Assembly: GCA_004431415.1 (NCBI GenBank)
Contig: QPMI01000597.1
Location: 1-64,000 of the forward strand
Reading direction: 5' to 3'
Source of the DNA: Cyanophora paradoxa CCMP329
Lineage: Eukaryota; Plantae; Glaucophyta
Length of the DNA stretch: 64,000 bases
Shown here piece after piece: positions 12,525 through 25,400 of this stretch. Under the pieces are notes generated by a model. That model saw only the letters and a program-made list of their open reading frames with translations, ran no database searches and was not told the origin of the DNA. Every line of letters starts with the position of its first letter. Positions within the stretch are counted from its first letter, which is position 1. The translations under genes and the position numbers were made by a program.

Positions 12525-15500
12525 CTAGCGGGCCGCCGGGACAGGGGCGCCGCTGCTGGAGGAGGCCCCCGCGGGCGCGGCGGCTGCGGGGGCAGCAACG
12601 GGCGCCGGCGCCTGGGCGGGCATGGCCTCGAAGAGGCGCCGCCACTGGTCCGTGCGGAGGTTCGGGCGGTCGGTGCGCGAGAGGGCCGAGTCGGCCGGTT
12701 TCGGGGCGCGCGAGGCGCGGCGGCGGCGGGCGCGGCGGCGGCGGGGCGCGCCGAAGAGGCCGGCGTAGCGCGCCATGTACATCTCCATGTCCGAGTCCGA
12801 GTCGGAGTCCTCCATCTCCTCCTCCATGCCCGGCGGGCCGTACATGAAGCCGGGAACGGGAACGGGTACGGCTCGTCCTCGTAGACCTCGGCGTCGGAGT
12901 ACCCGTCGTACGAGTCGAGGGAGAGGTTGTCCGCGGGGCGCGCCCCGGGGCGGGGCGCCGCGGAGGACGAGGAGGAGGGCCGTCCGGGCGCGGGGCGGCG
13001 GGTCCGGCGGGGGCCGGGGCGGGGGCGTCGGGGTCCGGGAGCGGGGCGCCGCCGGCGCTGTCGGCGAGGGCCGGGTGCGGGTCCCGGACCTGCAGCACGC
13101 GCTCCTCGGCCGTGCCGCGCGTCGCGAAGACCACGATCTCCACGTCCCGCGTCTGGCCTGCGCTCGCCACCGCCCCCTCCATCACAACGAGCGCACCCAG
13201 AGCGGAGGCGACGCGGACCGATGCGGTAGACTCGGTTGACGGCCTGCGCCTCCGTGCCGGCGTTGAGGCACGGCTCCATGATGAACGTCAAGTTTGCCGC
13301 CGTCAGAGTTAAACCAACCGCCCCCGCCTGCCCCGCGTCAGCGCCGGCAGCGCCGCGCGGGGCCGGGGGCGGGATGCAGGGGCAGCACCCGGACGGAGAG
13401 GAGGAAGACACGGCAGGCGGGGTCGTCCTGGAAGGACTGGAGGGCCTTGGCGCGCGTCTTCGCCGCCGTCGACCCTTCGATCTTCACGTACCTGCGCCGC
13501 CCCCGCCGCCCGCCCCGCCGCCGTCAGGTCCCGGGCCGCCGCGCTCGGATCGGAGCCACTCGAGCGGCGCGCACCGGAAGGCCTCGCGCTTGAGGGCGGC
13601 CTCGATGCGCGCCAGCGTCTCGTTGAAGCTCGAGAAGACGATCGCCTTGTCGCCCTCCGCCATGCCCCGCAGCGCCGCCAGCAGCGCCCGCACCTTCGGG
13701 CCCTCCCGCTGCCCCGCCTGCCCCCAGCGCCCCGCGCGTAAGCTGCCGGCGGCGGCGGCGCGCTCGGGCGACGAGCCGGCGCCGGAGCGGCGCACCGCGA
13801 TGAGTTTGAGGTCGAAGTCGTCGGCGTCGGCGCCGCCCGCCGCGGCTGGCGCAGGCTCCGGGGCCGGCTGGGCCGGCGGCTTTACCACCATCAGCTGCGG
13901 CGCGGGGCAGGTCAGCGCGCGGCCAGGGTGGGTGAGTGGGGCGGGGCGGGGCGGGGCGCGGCGCGCGCCTGGTTGTGGCGGAGGGGCCGGCGGCACTGGG
14001 GGCAGCCGGTGTTGGTGCCGCGGGAGATGGCTGCCTCGATGCAGCCCTGGCAGTAGACGTGCCCGCAGGGCGTGATAGTCGGCTCCTCGCACAGCTCCCA
14101 GCAGATCTGCCCCCGTGAGTGAGCGGGGCGCGCGGGAGGGCGGGGCGGGTCTCCGAGGCGCGGACCGTGCACTCGATGAGGTTCAGCTGCGCGATGTTCT
14201 TCTGCACCTCAACGACGAACTCCTGCGCGTTCGCTGCGCCCAGGGGCCAGTCGGCTGCCCGCCGCGCGGGGCGGGGCGGGGCGGGGCGGGGCGGCGCACT
14301 GCTCTGCGCGATTTTCTGAAGGATCTCTTCAACGGGCATCTTGGCGGGCCTCCCCGCCTCGGGCGCCCCGCCCTCGGGCTCCGGCTCGCTGGCGAGGGCC
14401 TCCACCGCCTTCACCAGCTGCCCGTACTTCTCCGGCGTCACCAGCGACGGGTGGCTCGCGAACTGCCGCAGCACCAGCAGCAGGCTCATCGCCTGCCCGC
14501 CCCGCCTCAGCTGCGCACGGGTGCACGGGGCGCCGGGGGGCGGGGCGCGCCTGGACGTAGTTGGAGCGGAGGAGGTCGTCGGAGCGGCCGATGCGCGCGA
14601 ACTTCCTCTCGACGAGGGCGTGCAGGCGGGCGTAGAGCTCGGCGTCCTCGGGCGGCATCTCCACCCGCTGCACCGCGTACGTCTTGCGGGGCAGCGCCAC
14701 CAGCGGCGCCCCGTCCATCACCTGCGAGCCTGCGCGCGCGTGAGCGGGGCGCAGCCGGCGAGAGGGCGACCCCGGAGGGGCCGGGGCCGGCACCGATGTG
14801 GCGGATCATGAGGATCTTGAGCATGCTGAGGAGGACGCCGCGCTTGGCGTCGTAGAGGGACTCGTAGGGCCGCACGACGGCCTCGCGCCAGCCCGAGGCC
14901 GACGAGGCGAACGGCTCCACCTTCAGGAACGCGAGCGTCGTGTGCAGGTCGTTCGCCTGGTTCTGCAGCGGCGTCCCTGCAGCAAAATACGTCGGCCTGC
15001 AGATCCCGGAGGCGCAGCCGATATCTCGAAGGGCGCACCCGACGCGGCCCACCGGAACTTGGCGTCCAGGCTGCAGATGAATTTGGTAGTCTTGGCCTGC
15101 GCGTTCTTGATGTAGTGGGACTCGTCTGCGGCGCGGGGTCGGCCGCGAGCGCCGGCCGCGCACGCGGGGCGGGGCCTACCAAGAATAATGCGCCGCCAGC
15201 GGACTTTCTGGAGAGCGTCCACCTCCGTGAGGCCGACCTTGGCCAGGATAGAGTAGGTCGTCTGCGGCGCCCAGTGAGCGGCGGCGGCGGCGGCGGCTGC
15301 GGCGGCGGCGGCGGAGCGGCGCACCAGCACGATGTCGCACTTGGCGAGGGCCTTGGCGCTCGTCGTGCGGTTCTCGTGGTACTGCGCGGGGCGTCAGGGG
15401 AGATCGGGGCGGGCGGGCGGGCGGGGCGGGCCTGGAGGACGCGGAGCTTGCGGGAGCACTTGCGCTCGATCTCGTTGGCCCACTGCCCGAGCAGCGAGAC

Positions 15501-18112
15501 GGGCACAACGACCAGCGTCGCCGCCGAGTCCACCATCTCCTCCGCCTTCGGCTGCTGGAGCGCCGGGCCCTTCTCCGCCTTGGCGCCCGCCTTTCCCCGC
15601 GCCCGCCGCGCGCGCCGCGCCCGCCGCGGCCGCCGCGGCCCCGGCCGGTGCTGGAGGCGGAGGCGGAAGAGGCGCCGGTCTCTGCGGGCGAGCCGGGGCG
15701 CCCCTGCGGGCCGTCCGCGGAGCCCTCCGTTGAAACCGCCGCCGACGCCGGCGCGCCCAGGTCCGCCGCGGGCGCCTCCTCCGGCTCGGCGGCGGCGGCG
15801 GCAGCGGCGGCAGCGCCCTTGCCGCCTCGCCCGCGGCCGCGCGCGCCGCCGCGGCCTCCGCCACGGCCGCGGGCGGCGCGCTTGCGGGGCGGGGGCGCCT
15901 CGTTCTCCGACGAGGACGCGTTGGAGCCGCTGGCCGAGCTCCCTGCCTCCTCCTCCTCCTCCTCCTCTTTAACCGCCGCCTTCCGCTTCTTCTCCGCCGC
16001 CGCCGCCGAGGCGCGCCGCGGGGCGCGGGCCCCCGCTTGGGCGGCGGCGCGGCCGCCTCGCCGCCCGAGGACGAGCCGTCGCTCGTCTCCGCGTCCTCCA
16101 TCTTCTCCTCCTCCTCCTCCTTCGCGGCGCGCCCGCGCTTCTTCGCCGCCGGCTTGCGGGCCGCCGGGCGGGCCTTGCGCTTGCCGGCCGCCTTGGCCGG
16201 CGCCTCGTCCTCCTCGCCCGAGCTGCTGGCGGCCGCCGCGGCCCTCCCTTCCTCCCCTTGGAGCTCGAGCCCGCCCGCTCCGCGTCCTGCCGCGCCGTCG
16301 GCGGCCGGCGGGGCGGGGCGGGGCGGGCGGCGGGCGGCGGGCGGGGCGCACCAGCGCCTCGAGGTCGGCGAGGATCAGGGAGAGCAGCTCGACGGTCTTG
16401 CCGAGCCCCATCGCCTCCCCAGGATCCCGCCCCGCTCCCCCGGCAGCGCCCACGCGAACGACGCCGTCAGCGGGCAGTAGAAGTACGGTTTGCCTGCGCC
16501 CGAGGGCATCGGAGGGGCGCGAGGGACAAGCGCGGCGGCGCAGCGGACCGCTGGGGAACTTGAGGGGCGTCCAGAAGGGGGCGGAGATGGACTCGCCGCG
16601 CTCCTTGTCGAGCATCCAGGCGAGGGACTGCCTCTGGTAGTTGCGCAGCTCCACGGAGAGGCCCTTGGGCGCCTCCGCCTCGCGGTACCCGTCCGACACG
16701 CAGCGATCCAGCAGCTTGCCGAGCGAGTCGGGGACGTCCACCCAGCCGCCCCGCATCATCTTCCACTCCGCTGCGGGCCGGAGTCAGGGGCGGCGTCTCG
16801 AGTGCGCTGGCGCGCGGGCGCGGTGCGCACGGCGCTGCCTCCCTTCGAGGGTCGCCGTGAACTTCTTGAAGTCGCCGGGCGAGCCCGGCGCGGGGGCCGA
16901 GGAGGAGGACGAGGACGCGGCGCGGGCCGAGGAGGAGGCGGCGGGGGTCGAAGAGGAGGCCGCGGCGGGGCCCGAGGAGGCGGGGGGCGCGTCGGCGGGC
17001 AGGCAGAGGTTCGGCATCTCCAGGTGCTCCATCATCACTGCGAGGCGGAGGTCAGACTTCGCGGGCGAGAGGCGGGTCCACAGGGCCGGGCCGCACGGCG
17101 GATCCGGTCCTGCCGCTTCTTCTCCCAGTCACGGCTCGCGAAGAGAGGCTCCTGGGCGTACACCTTGCACTGGAGCGAGCGCGCGGGGCGGCGTCAGCGC
17201 GGCGAGTGGCGCCGGGCGGGCGCGGGCCGGCGCGAGCCGGCCGCACGCACCTCGAGCTTCAAGAGCGAGCTGAACCACGTGCTTGATGCGTCGGCGAGAG
17301 TGTAGGTGGCCGAGACGTAGACGTAGCCATTCGTTGCGAGGAACATGAGCGCCTCGAGCAGGCGGTTCTCAGTGATCTCCTTCTTGTTCACTGCCCGCAG
17401 GATGAGAGGGCGTCGCACGAGGCGTGGCGAGCCACGCACGGACGGAGCTCAGCCGCAAGCCGCGCAGGCGACGCAGGTCGAATGACGCTGCGGAGAGTGT
17501 AAGCACTATATATATATACAGTGCAAGCGCATATACACTACACAGGTCAAATGACGCTGTGGAACAGCGACGCGCTACATATACAGAGCGCTAGCGGGGC
17601 CGGACTCACTCGGTAGCTTCGCAATGAGCTTCTTGAGCTTCTTTTTGGTCCTGCTGCCACCAGGCGGAGGCCGCTCCATCCGGACCTGGAGAATGGCTCA
17701 GCAGCGAGCGCTTGGCCCAGCATTCGAGGCGCGCGCACGGTCAGGCGTCCAAGCAGTTGTCCTTGCACTTGGAGCGGCGGGCCTGGGGACTGCTGAGCAT
17801 CCCCTGCGCCCTCCGTATCGCTATCCGGATCGTCAACCGAGGGCTCTTCCTGCTCGCTGGCCTCGCTCGAGTCGTGAGACGAATCGTTTGATTCATCCTC
17901 GTCGCTGGTTTCGCAAACTCCCGGCTTGACCGCGCTCGCCTTCTTCAGATCGCGTGGCGACTTGCGTGCGCTCCCACTGCTCGTGCTCGAGCTGTCCAGC
18001 CTTATCGGGGACCCCGTCGTAGGGGCAGGAATAGGCGTCTGCCCAGGCGATAGATATCTCCCGCGGCCAAGGTTGAAGTAATTGTTAACTACGTGGGCGC
18101 AAATTAGGCATG
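12525..18112 (-). CDS. SNF2-family helicase with embedded C3HC4 RING (RAD5/HLTF/RAD16-type); start approximate
   Basis: LRNYQRQSLAWM, MGLGKT, TLVVVPVSLLGQW, IIL|DESHYIKN, GTPLQN, LRQFASHP, RING C-x-ICW..PCGHVYCQGC..CPQC, KAIVFSSF, GAVGLTLTAAN, QAVNRVYRIG|QTRDV. Confidence 0.93.
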
Positions 18113-18125
18113 AGTTGGGTGTGTG

Positions 18126-18196
18126 TTTGGCGGGAGCGTCTGTAAGGCGGGAGTGTCTTAAGATGCATTGCGACGTGTGGCGGGAGCGTCTGTAAG
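18126..18196. promoter_or_regulatory. Candidate E2F-type elements (TTTGGCGGGA plus two further GGCGGGAG) in the helicase/MYB bidirectional promoter
   Basis: TGGCGGGAGCGTCTGTAAG is duplicated (~18128 and ~18178) just upstream of the helicase start. Confidence 0.4.
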
Positions 18197-18572
18197 CGCT
18201 TCTACGTGAGCGCGCATCTTAATGCAGGCGCGGGGAACGCTCCGAGGGCGCGCGTTGTGAGTTAAAGGGAGCGTTCAGACCCCACGCGCCACCTCACCTG
18301 CTCTCTCCAGATCGTTGTCAGCATCTTGCAGGCACAGGCGAATGACCGAATCGCTCGCTTCGCCCGTTAACTCTCGCATTTCCGCTTGGAGCATTAGCGC
18401 TGCGGCCGCCGTATGCTTGGCGCTGCTGGCAGCCTTCTGCGCTCGGGGTGACATGCTGCGACGCTGCTCGCAGCCTGCTGCGCTCTGAGAGGGACCACTT
18501 CAATTCGGATCAACTGTACCCCCGACTGCGTTACCACTGAACTTACCAGCGTACCCGACCGCGAGAAGAACG

Positions 18573-21353
18573 ATGCCGCGGAACGAGGAAGAAGAGATGG
18601 ACAGGCCTTTGGAGCGTCAGCGCCGCACGTGGTCACAGGGTGCGCTCGCAGGCAACCCGCGCCCCACCTCCGGAAAACTCCGCTAGCTCCTTTCCCGCGA
18701 ACTGCGATAGGGCGCCGTTTCAGTGGCGATGCGTAGCGTCGGGCTCGATCTCGCGCTCGTCTACACTCTCCGCGATCCTCCCTCCCGCTGTTCCGCTCGG
18801 GCCATCCGTCTTTCCGGTCGCCCGCGAGTTCACTCGCATCGATGCGCGCCTGATTCCACTGCTTCATTCGCGCGCTCCGCCTGCCGCGGCCGAATGCCTC
18901 CTGCGACCGATACAACGGCCCGCGGCCGATGCAACCGCTGCTGTTACGCAACCGCAGCGCTCCGAGCCTTTCGACCTAGCAGTCATTCCCGTTTCGCACT
19001 CACGTTCTCACCATCGCAGAGGAGGACGAGGCGCTGCGGGCGATTTACCACGAGGTTCGGGAGGAGGGGCCGGGGATCGGAGTCGACCCTGTACATAACT
19101 GGAAGGATCTCGAGGTGCTCGGATGTTTGTTCCCTCTTTCGGACTGTGATCTCTTCCGACTTCGAATGCTCTGCAGCACCGAATGCGACAGCTCGGTTTC
19201 GACAGGACGGCCAAAGTTCGATTCGCTTGCATCGCTTTTCCCCTCCGAGCTAGCTTCGCTGACTTTCACGATCTGGGCAGCAATGCAGAGAAAGATGGTT
19301 GATGAATTTGGATCCGAACGTTGTCAAAGGCAACTGGACGGAGGAGGAAGATCTGCGCATTCTCGAGCTCTACAAATCGATTGACGACAACACGTGCGCC
19401 GCTTTCCTCCTTGCGGGCCCTCAAAACGCCCTCCTCTGACAAGCACTCTTCGCTCCGTGGCCTTGCAGTCGCCGCTGGAAGATGATCAGGTGCAGCTTTT
19501 TTGCTCCCCAAAAAACAGTCACCGTGTCCTCACTCTCGTTTCCCTTCCGCAGCGACGAGCTTCCCGGACGGTGCGCCGGCGCCGGCGCCTGCGCGGGGCG
19601 CCGCGGCGCGACTCACCGAGTGGCGTCGCTGCGCAGGACGGCGAACAGCGTGAAGAACCGGTACCATAGCCACATCCGCCGTAACCTGGGCTCCCTCGAG
19701 CGTCACCTGCGGGAGCGGCGGCGCGGGCGCGGCGGAGCCGGCGGCGGAGCCGGCGGCGCGGGCGGCGGCGCGGAGGCGCCCGTCGGCGCGCCGCCGGAGA
19801 CGAGCGGCGAGGGGAGGGGGGGAGGAGGAGGCGACGCCGCCGCCGGCCCCGCCGACGACGCGGGCACGGGCGCGCGCCAGGCGGGCGGAGGGCGGCGGGG
19901 TGCGGCCAAGCGGAGGCGGCGGGCCCCGGACGCGGAGCTCACGTCAGAGTCGGACGAGGAGGAGGCCGTGCAGGGTACGCCCTCCCCCGCCTGTTCCTCG
20001 CCCCGCGCCCCGGCGCCGAACGCCCCGGCAGCAAAGCTCCGGGCCGCGGATGCGGAGGAGAGCAGCGAGGAGAGCGGAGAGGCGGGCGGGGCGCGCCAGG
20101 ACGAGGAGGACGAGGACTGGACGCCCCGCTCCGCCAGCGCAGCCCGCCCCAGCCCCGCCCGGCCACGCCGCGATCACGCCACCGGCCTCGAGGCCGGCCG
20201 CCCCTGGCCGACGGCGGGGCGCTCGTCGGAGCCGCCAGCCACCAGCGCCATGCCCGACCGCGGCGCCGGCCGGAGGGGCAAGCCGCGGCGCGAGCTCGAG
20301 GCGCGGGCGAGCCGCTCCCCGCTCCCGGCGGACTGGCAGCCGCACCCCCCGACTCAGCAGGCGTACCCCTCGGATCGGCGCGATCAGGCGTATCCCTCGG
20401 GCACGCTGCCGTTCTACCCGCACTCCCCAGGCGGGTACTTGTGTCGAGCAGCCGGCCGGCCCGTTGGCGGCCCGCTCCCTGCCCCCTTCCCGAGCTACTC
20501 AGTCTTCCTCGGCTCTGCTCACGCCCCCCCGGGGCCGCCCCTTGCCTTTCCCCCCTACTCTGGAAAGGCCGCGGGGCTCGGCATGGCTGCTCTCGGAGGC
20601 GGGGAGTGGCCGGGGAGCCCCGCCGGCCTGCCGGCCTCCGTCGCCGAGGGGAGCGCCGCGCAGTCGCCGGCGGAGAGGGACGCGATCAGTGCGCCCCCCG
20701 GCTCCCCCGGGGCGACGAGGTCTGATGCGAGGGCGCCGGCGCAGCGATCCTCTCCACCCGCCTCGGGGGCGACGGCGGGCCGGCGGAGGACCGTGAGGCC
20801 GCGCACCGCAGCCGGAGCACGACCCCCCCAGGCTGCATCCCGCCCCTCGCCCTCCCCGCCACCGCCGTCTCCCGCACCCACCAGCGCGGCCGCCGCTCCC
20901 CGGACCCGGGCCCCGCCGCCTGGCTCCCGCCCCCGTCTCCCCTCCTCAGCTGCGCCTCCCCGGATGCTTTCGCCCAAGGCGCGGCCCTACGACTCGGCGT
21001 CAAGCGCGGCGCGCAGCCTCCCCGTCTCCGAGACTCGCCCCCTCCCCCTCCGGCCCCTTACGTGTCTCGCAGAGGACGAGGCGGCCGCTGTACCCCCCGC
21101 CGTCTGGCCGGAACGCCCGATCTCCTCCCTCCTCCCTTCCGGTCCGCGTCGCGCCTCTGAAGCGCCTCGTCTTTGTAAGCGCCGGACGCAGCCGCCGTCC
21201 TGCTGCGGCCGTCGCGGCCGGCGCTGCGCCCTCCGGACTCGAGGGAGGGCGACGGGGAGGGCGCCGCCTCGGGTGGCGCCCCCGCCGCCCCCTCGAGCGG
21301 CGTCCCCGCCCCCGAGGGCCGCGTTCAGCGCGACGCGAGCCGCATGCGCGTAG
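18573..21353 (+). CDS. R2R3-type MYB transcription factor; 3' end approximate
   Basis: RRTWSQ|EEDEALR..NWKDLE|..RTAK|QCRERWLMNLDPNVVKGNWTEEEDLRILE..RWKMI..ELPG|RTANSVKNRYHS. First intron 18640-19019. Confidence 0.9.
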
Positions 21354-21679
21354 TCAACCTCCTCTCCTAGCTATAGGCTACGCTCAAACTCTGCTCTCGC
21401 CCTCTCGCTGGCCACGGACCCGACCCAGAAGCCGCTCAAGACGGTTACCGTACGTCGGACTATCTCGAGCTCTCGACTCCAGCTAGATACTATCTTCAGG
21501 TTGCAATTGCCGCAGCGCAGAGCCAATTTTTCGTGACGAGCGATGTCCTTGTCCTCTTTCACTTGCGCTGAACGTCGCAATAAAGTACTGGAAATCGCTG
21601 AACAGATGTCTAGAAAGTGTGGTGTTACAACATTATCCAATGATCACGGTAGCTAGGGGAAGTAGGCAGAAACTGAGCC

Positions 21680-22360
21680 TCAATCGTCCATGAATCCATT
21701 AACCCCGGTGCCGTTGCACACGTCGCACGGCTGTTGCTCGGTCAGAGATCGGCGCGGCGGGAGGATCGGGCGATCGGGGAGCCAACCTCGAAGCCCTTTC
21801 CGTCGCATGCGGGGCACAGAGTTGCCTGCGCGACCGCGGGCTTAGTGGGCAAGTGCAGCTTCCGGATCTGCGCGGAAAGGCGCGTACATCTCCGTCTGAG
21901 AATCCGAGGTTGCCTGGAACGGTGCCGTCGCCATCACAGTTGATGCAGTCTGCGGGCGCTTCGTCAGCCAGTCTGTTTGTAGCGGGTGTACGCGCGACCC
22001 ACCGATGTTGCCGGTTCCTGTTCGAGCGGCGGCCGTCAGCTAGTGCCGATCGAAGCCTTAAGATGGCGAACCGTTGCACTGGAAGCCTGGATCGCCGGGC
22101 GAAGAGGAGAGCGCCGAGGGTCAGCGGCGGCATCGCATCGGCAGCGCAACCGGGTGAAACGTACAGGGGCGACGCCTCTTTGGCTTGTCCGCGTCGGCGG
22201 CATCCGCGGAAGCGCTGACGTGGAACGACTTGCCTGAAGGCTTTCCAGCCTTCTTCGGAACCGCAGGGCAGACGGCGGAGGCGCTGGACAGGCCGGTTGG
22301 CTTTTGCACGACGAGCGCCGCGGCCCCAGAGACGAAGCAGCCGCAGCGTTTGCGGTCCAT
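21680..22360 (-). CDS. Plastid-targeted DnaJ-type (CxxCxGxG x4) zinc-finger protein without J domain, BSD2/LQY1-like, 125 aa
   Basis: Exons 22360-22165, 22086-22072, 22017-22003, 21949-21888, 21825-21787 and 21730-21680 (all GT-AG, total 378 nt) give ..RPCFQCNGTGNIDCINCDGDG..ATLCPACDGKGFEPCDVCNGTGVNGFMDD*. Confidence 0.88.
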
Positions 22361-22425
22361 TGTTTGCCCTCCGAGGATGTTATACCCCGTGCACCTGGGT
22401 ACAGCAAAGAACGAAAAAGCACAGG

Positions 22426-25400
22426 ATGGCCGAGTACTGGCAGCAGCCGCCACCGGGGCAGCCTCCAGAGCGTAGCCCGCGGCCTCCGGTGCGCAGCAGA
22501 TCCTACACCGTAGCAAGAACAGCGGAGGAGCTCGCCGGCACCGATGCGTCCGCCGCGCCCCCGCTGCCGCCTCCCGCTGGACAGCAGGCGCCTGCACAGA
22601 CCAACCAACCCGCACCAGCTCAGCCTAGCCAGCCGCCGCCCGGGCCGTCTGTGCCGCCCGAAGCACAATCCCCCAAGCGCCTCCCGCGTGTGACAAGGTG
22701 CGCAACAGCACGCATGCGCTCCGCGACCTTAGCTAAGCTCCCGCGCCCGCCTGCAGCGCCAAGGAAAGGCCGACGGAGGCCGACTTCAAGAAGCTGGACG
22801 CTTTCCAGGCGATTCTCGAGCAAGAGGGCCTAGCTAGGAGATCAACTTCAAAGGCTCCTGCGGAAGGTGCTTCGGCAGCTGCACGATCCGAGTCTCCGGC
22901 TGAACGCCCGCAGACCACGAGGATGATCCGGAGGCGGACGAGGCGGCGGCGCAGGCAGAGGCGGCGCAGGCGAGCGACGGAGATGGAGGCCCCGAGCAGC
23001 AGTCGCAGTGGCGAGGTGTGCTGCCGGCGGCCGCCCGCCGCGCTCGCCGCTCGCGGCTCTGACGCGCGCCTCGCGACGGCGCGCAGACTCGGACTCGGAC
23101 GTGTACGAGAACGAGAACGCGCGATTCGTCGGCGAGGCGCCCAACGCGCACGTGCGCCTCGGCCGTCGATGCGGCGGGGGCCCCGCTGACGGGGCCCGTT
23201 GCAGGACGTGCTGCGCAAGTTCGTGGCTCAGAACGGGACGCTGAGCACCTTCAAGGACACGCGCCTGCGGCAGGACCGCATGTACCGCAACGCGCTCAAG
23301 AAATGTGCGGGGGGCGGGGGGCGGCGGGGGGCGCATCGCGGGCGCGTCTGACGGGGCGGGCAGACATCGAGGCGGTGAAAGGGGACACGGAGAAGCGGTC
23401 GAAGGCGGTAGAGGAGCAGAAGGAGAAGGTGCTGGTCGGGGAGAAGCGGGCGGAGGAGCTGCAGGCGGAGCGGGACCGGACGCTGCAGGCGCTGCGGAGC
23501 CTGGAGGCGCAGGCCAAGCCCTACTTCGTCCCCGACGAGCTCCGCAAGATGCGCGAGAAGTGCGCCGCCCGCCCCGCCGCCGCCGCCTCTTCCTCTCGGG
23601 GCGCGGCCGAGGGGGCGGGGCGGCGGCGGCAGGTTCGACCGGCTGGACGCGGCGGCGCAGCAGCAGTGGGGGACGGTGCGGGAGGAGAGCGTGAAGCTGT
23701 GGCAGGCGCAGCGCGAGTACGAACTGGCGGAGGCGGCGCGCTTCCGCACGGACGACCTGGAGAAGCGGCTCTCGACGCTGGACGCCTCGGAGCAGTTCGA
23801 GGCGCAGGTGATCGCCCAGTTCCGCACGCACGTCGAGGCGGAGGCGGCGACGCGGCTGGACCGCCGCCTCGCCGAGCGCGAGCGCCGCGCCGAGGCCCTC
23901 CAGCGCGCCGAGGAGGAGCGCATCGCCCGCGCCATCGCCGTCGCGCAGGAGGCCCACAACCGCACCGCCGAGCGCGTCCGCAGCGTCCAGGCCAAGGTCC
24001 GCGCCGACCTCGAGCGCCTCGAGAAGATGGAGCAGACGGAGCGCGAGCGCCAGGTCGGCAGCGCCCCGCAGCGCCCCTCTCCGCCCCGCCGCTGGCCCCG
24101 GCCCCGCCTGAGGGGCGCCGCGCGCCGCTGCAGGTGACGGCGCTGATGTCGCTGAAGGGGAACATCGAGGCGGCGTACAACGAGATGCGCTCGGGGGTCG
24201 AGCGCAGGAGGAAGCGCGCGGAGCGCAAGGCCAAGGAGCAGGCGGCGGAGGCGGCCGAGATCCTCGCCAACGGGGGCAACCCCTACGAGGTCTTCCGCCG
24301 CCGGGAGCACGAGCAGCGCGCCGAGCGGCGGCGGAAGCGGCGCGAGGAGGAGCGGCGGCAGCGGGAGCTCGAGATCGCGCAGCGCGTCCTCGTCGACGAG
24401 AAGCGGACGGACAAGCGGCGGGAGAGGGAGCTCGAGGAGCGCGCCTACGAGAAGAAGTTCGAGGCGGAGATGGGGCGGAAGCCGCGGGAGGAGCGGGTGC
24501 AGCGCTTCCTGATGGAGCGGACGGTGGGCGGGGCGGACGTCATCGACCCCACCTCGAAGCAGGCGGTGCTCTTCCCCTCGACGTTCACGACCATCAAGGA
24601 CTGGCGCTTCGGGCTGGGCACCTCCAAGCAGGCCGTCGTCGACAAGGTCGCCACGCGGCACCCCGGCGAGCAGCCGAACCCGCTCTTCCTCCCCAAGACG
24701 CCCCCCAAGGGCGAGCGCGGGCCGAGGGGGGAGGAGGCGCTGGAGCGGGCGATCCGGTCGGCGCCGGCGGGCGGGGCGGGCGGGGAGGCGCCGGAGGAGG
24801 CGATGGCCCGCCCCGAGTTCAAGCCCGTCTTCGACCTGCTGAGCGACGCCGGCGACGAGAGCGAGGAGGGCGCCGGCAGCAGCAGCGAGGGCGACGAGGC
24901 GGCCGGCTGGGGCGGCGAGGAGGAGGAGGGGGGCGAGGAGGGGGAGGAGGGGCGGGGGGCGCGGCGCGGGCCGCCGCCGGGCCCCTCGGTGCTGGAGAAG
25001 CGGATGCTGGAGGAGGCGCGGGCGAGGGCGCGGCAGCGCCTCGCCGAGGGCTCCCCGCAGGTCGTCTGGGGCCGCGAGTTCGAGGGGGACGCCTTCCTCG
25101 CCAAGCCGGCCGTCATCCTCTTCAAGGACTTCGTCCCCGGGCAGGTCTACAGGCAGCGGGTGCAGCTCACGAACGTCTCCCTCACCTTCAACACCTTCAA
25201 GATCCTCGCCCTCCCGGACGCCATCCGCGACTTCTTCGACGTGGCCTACACGCCCCCGGGGCAGATGTCCGCCGGCCTCTCCACCAGCGTCCTCGTCACC
25301 TTCAGCCCCAAGGTCAACGAGGACATCGAGTCGCACCTCGTGCTGCAGACCCCCACGGGGCCCGTCCGCGTGCCCCTCCAGTGCCGCACGAAGAAGGTGG

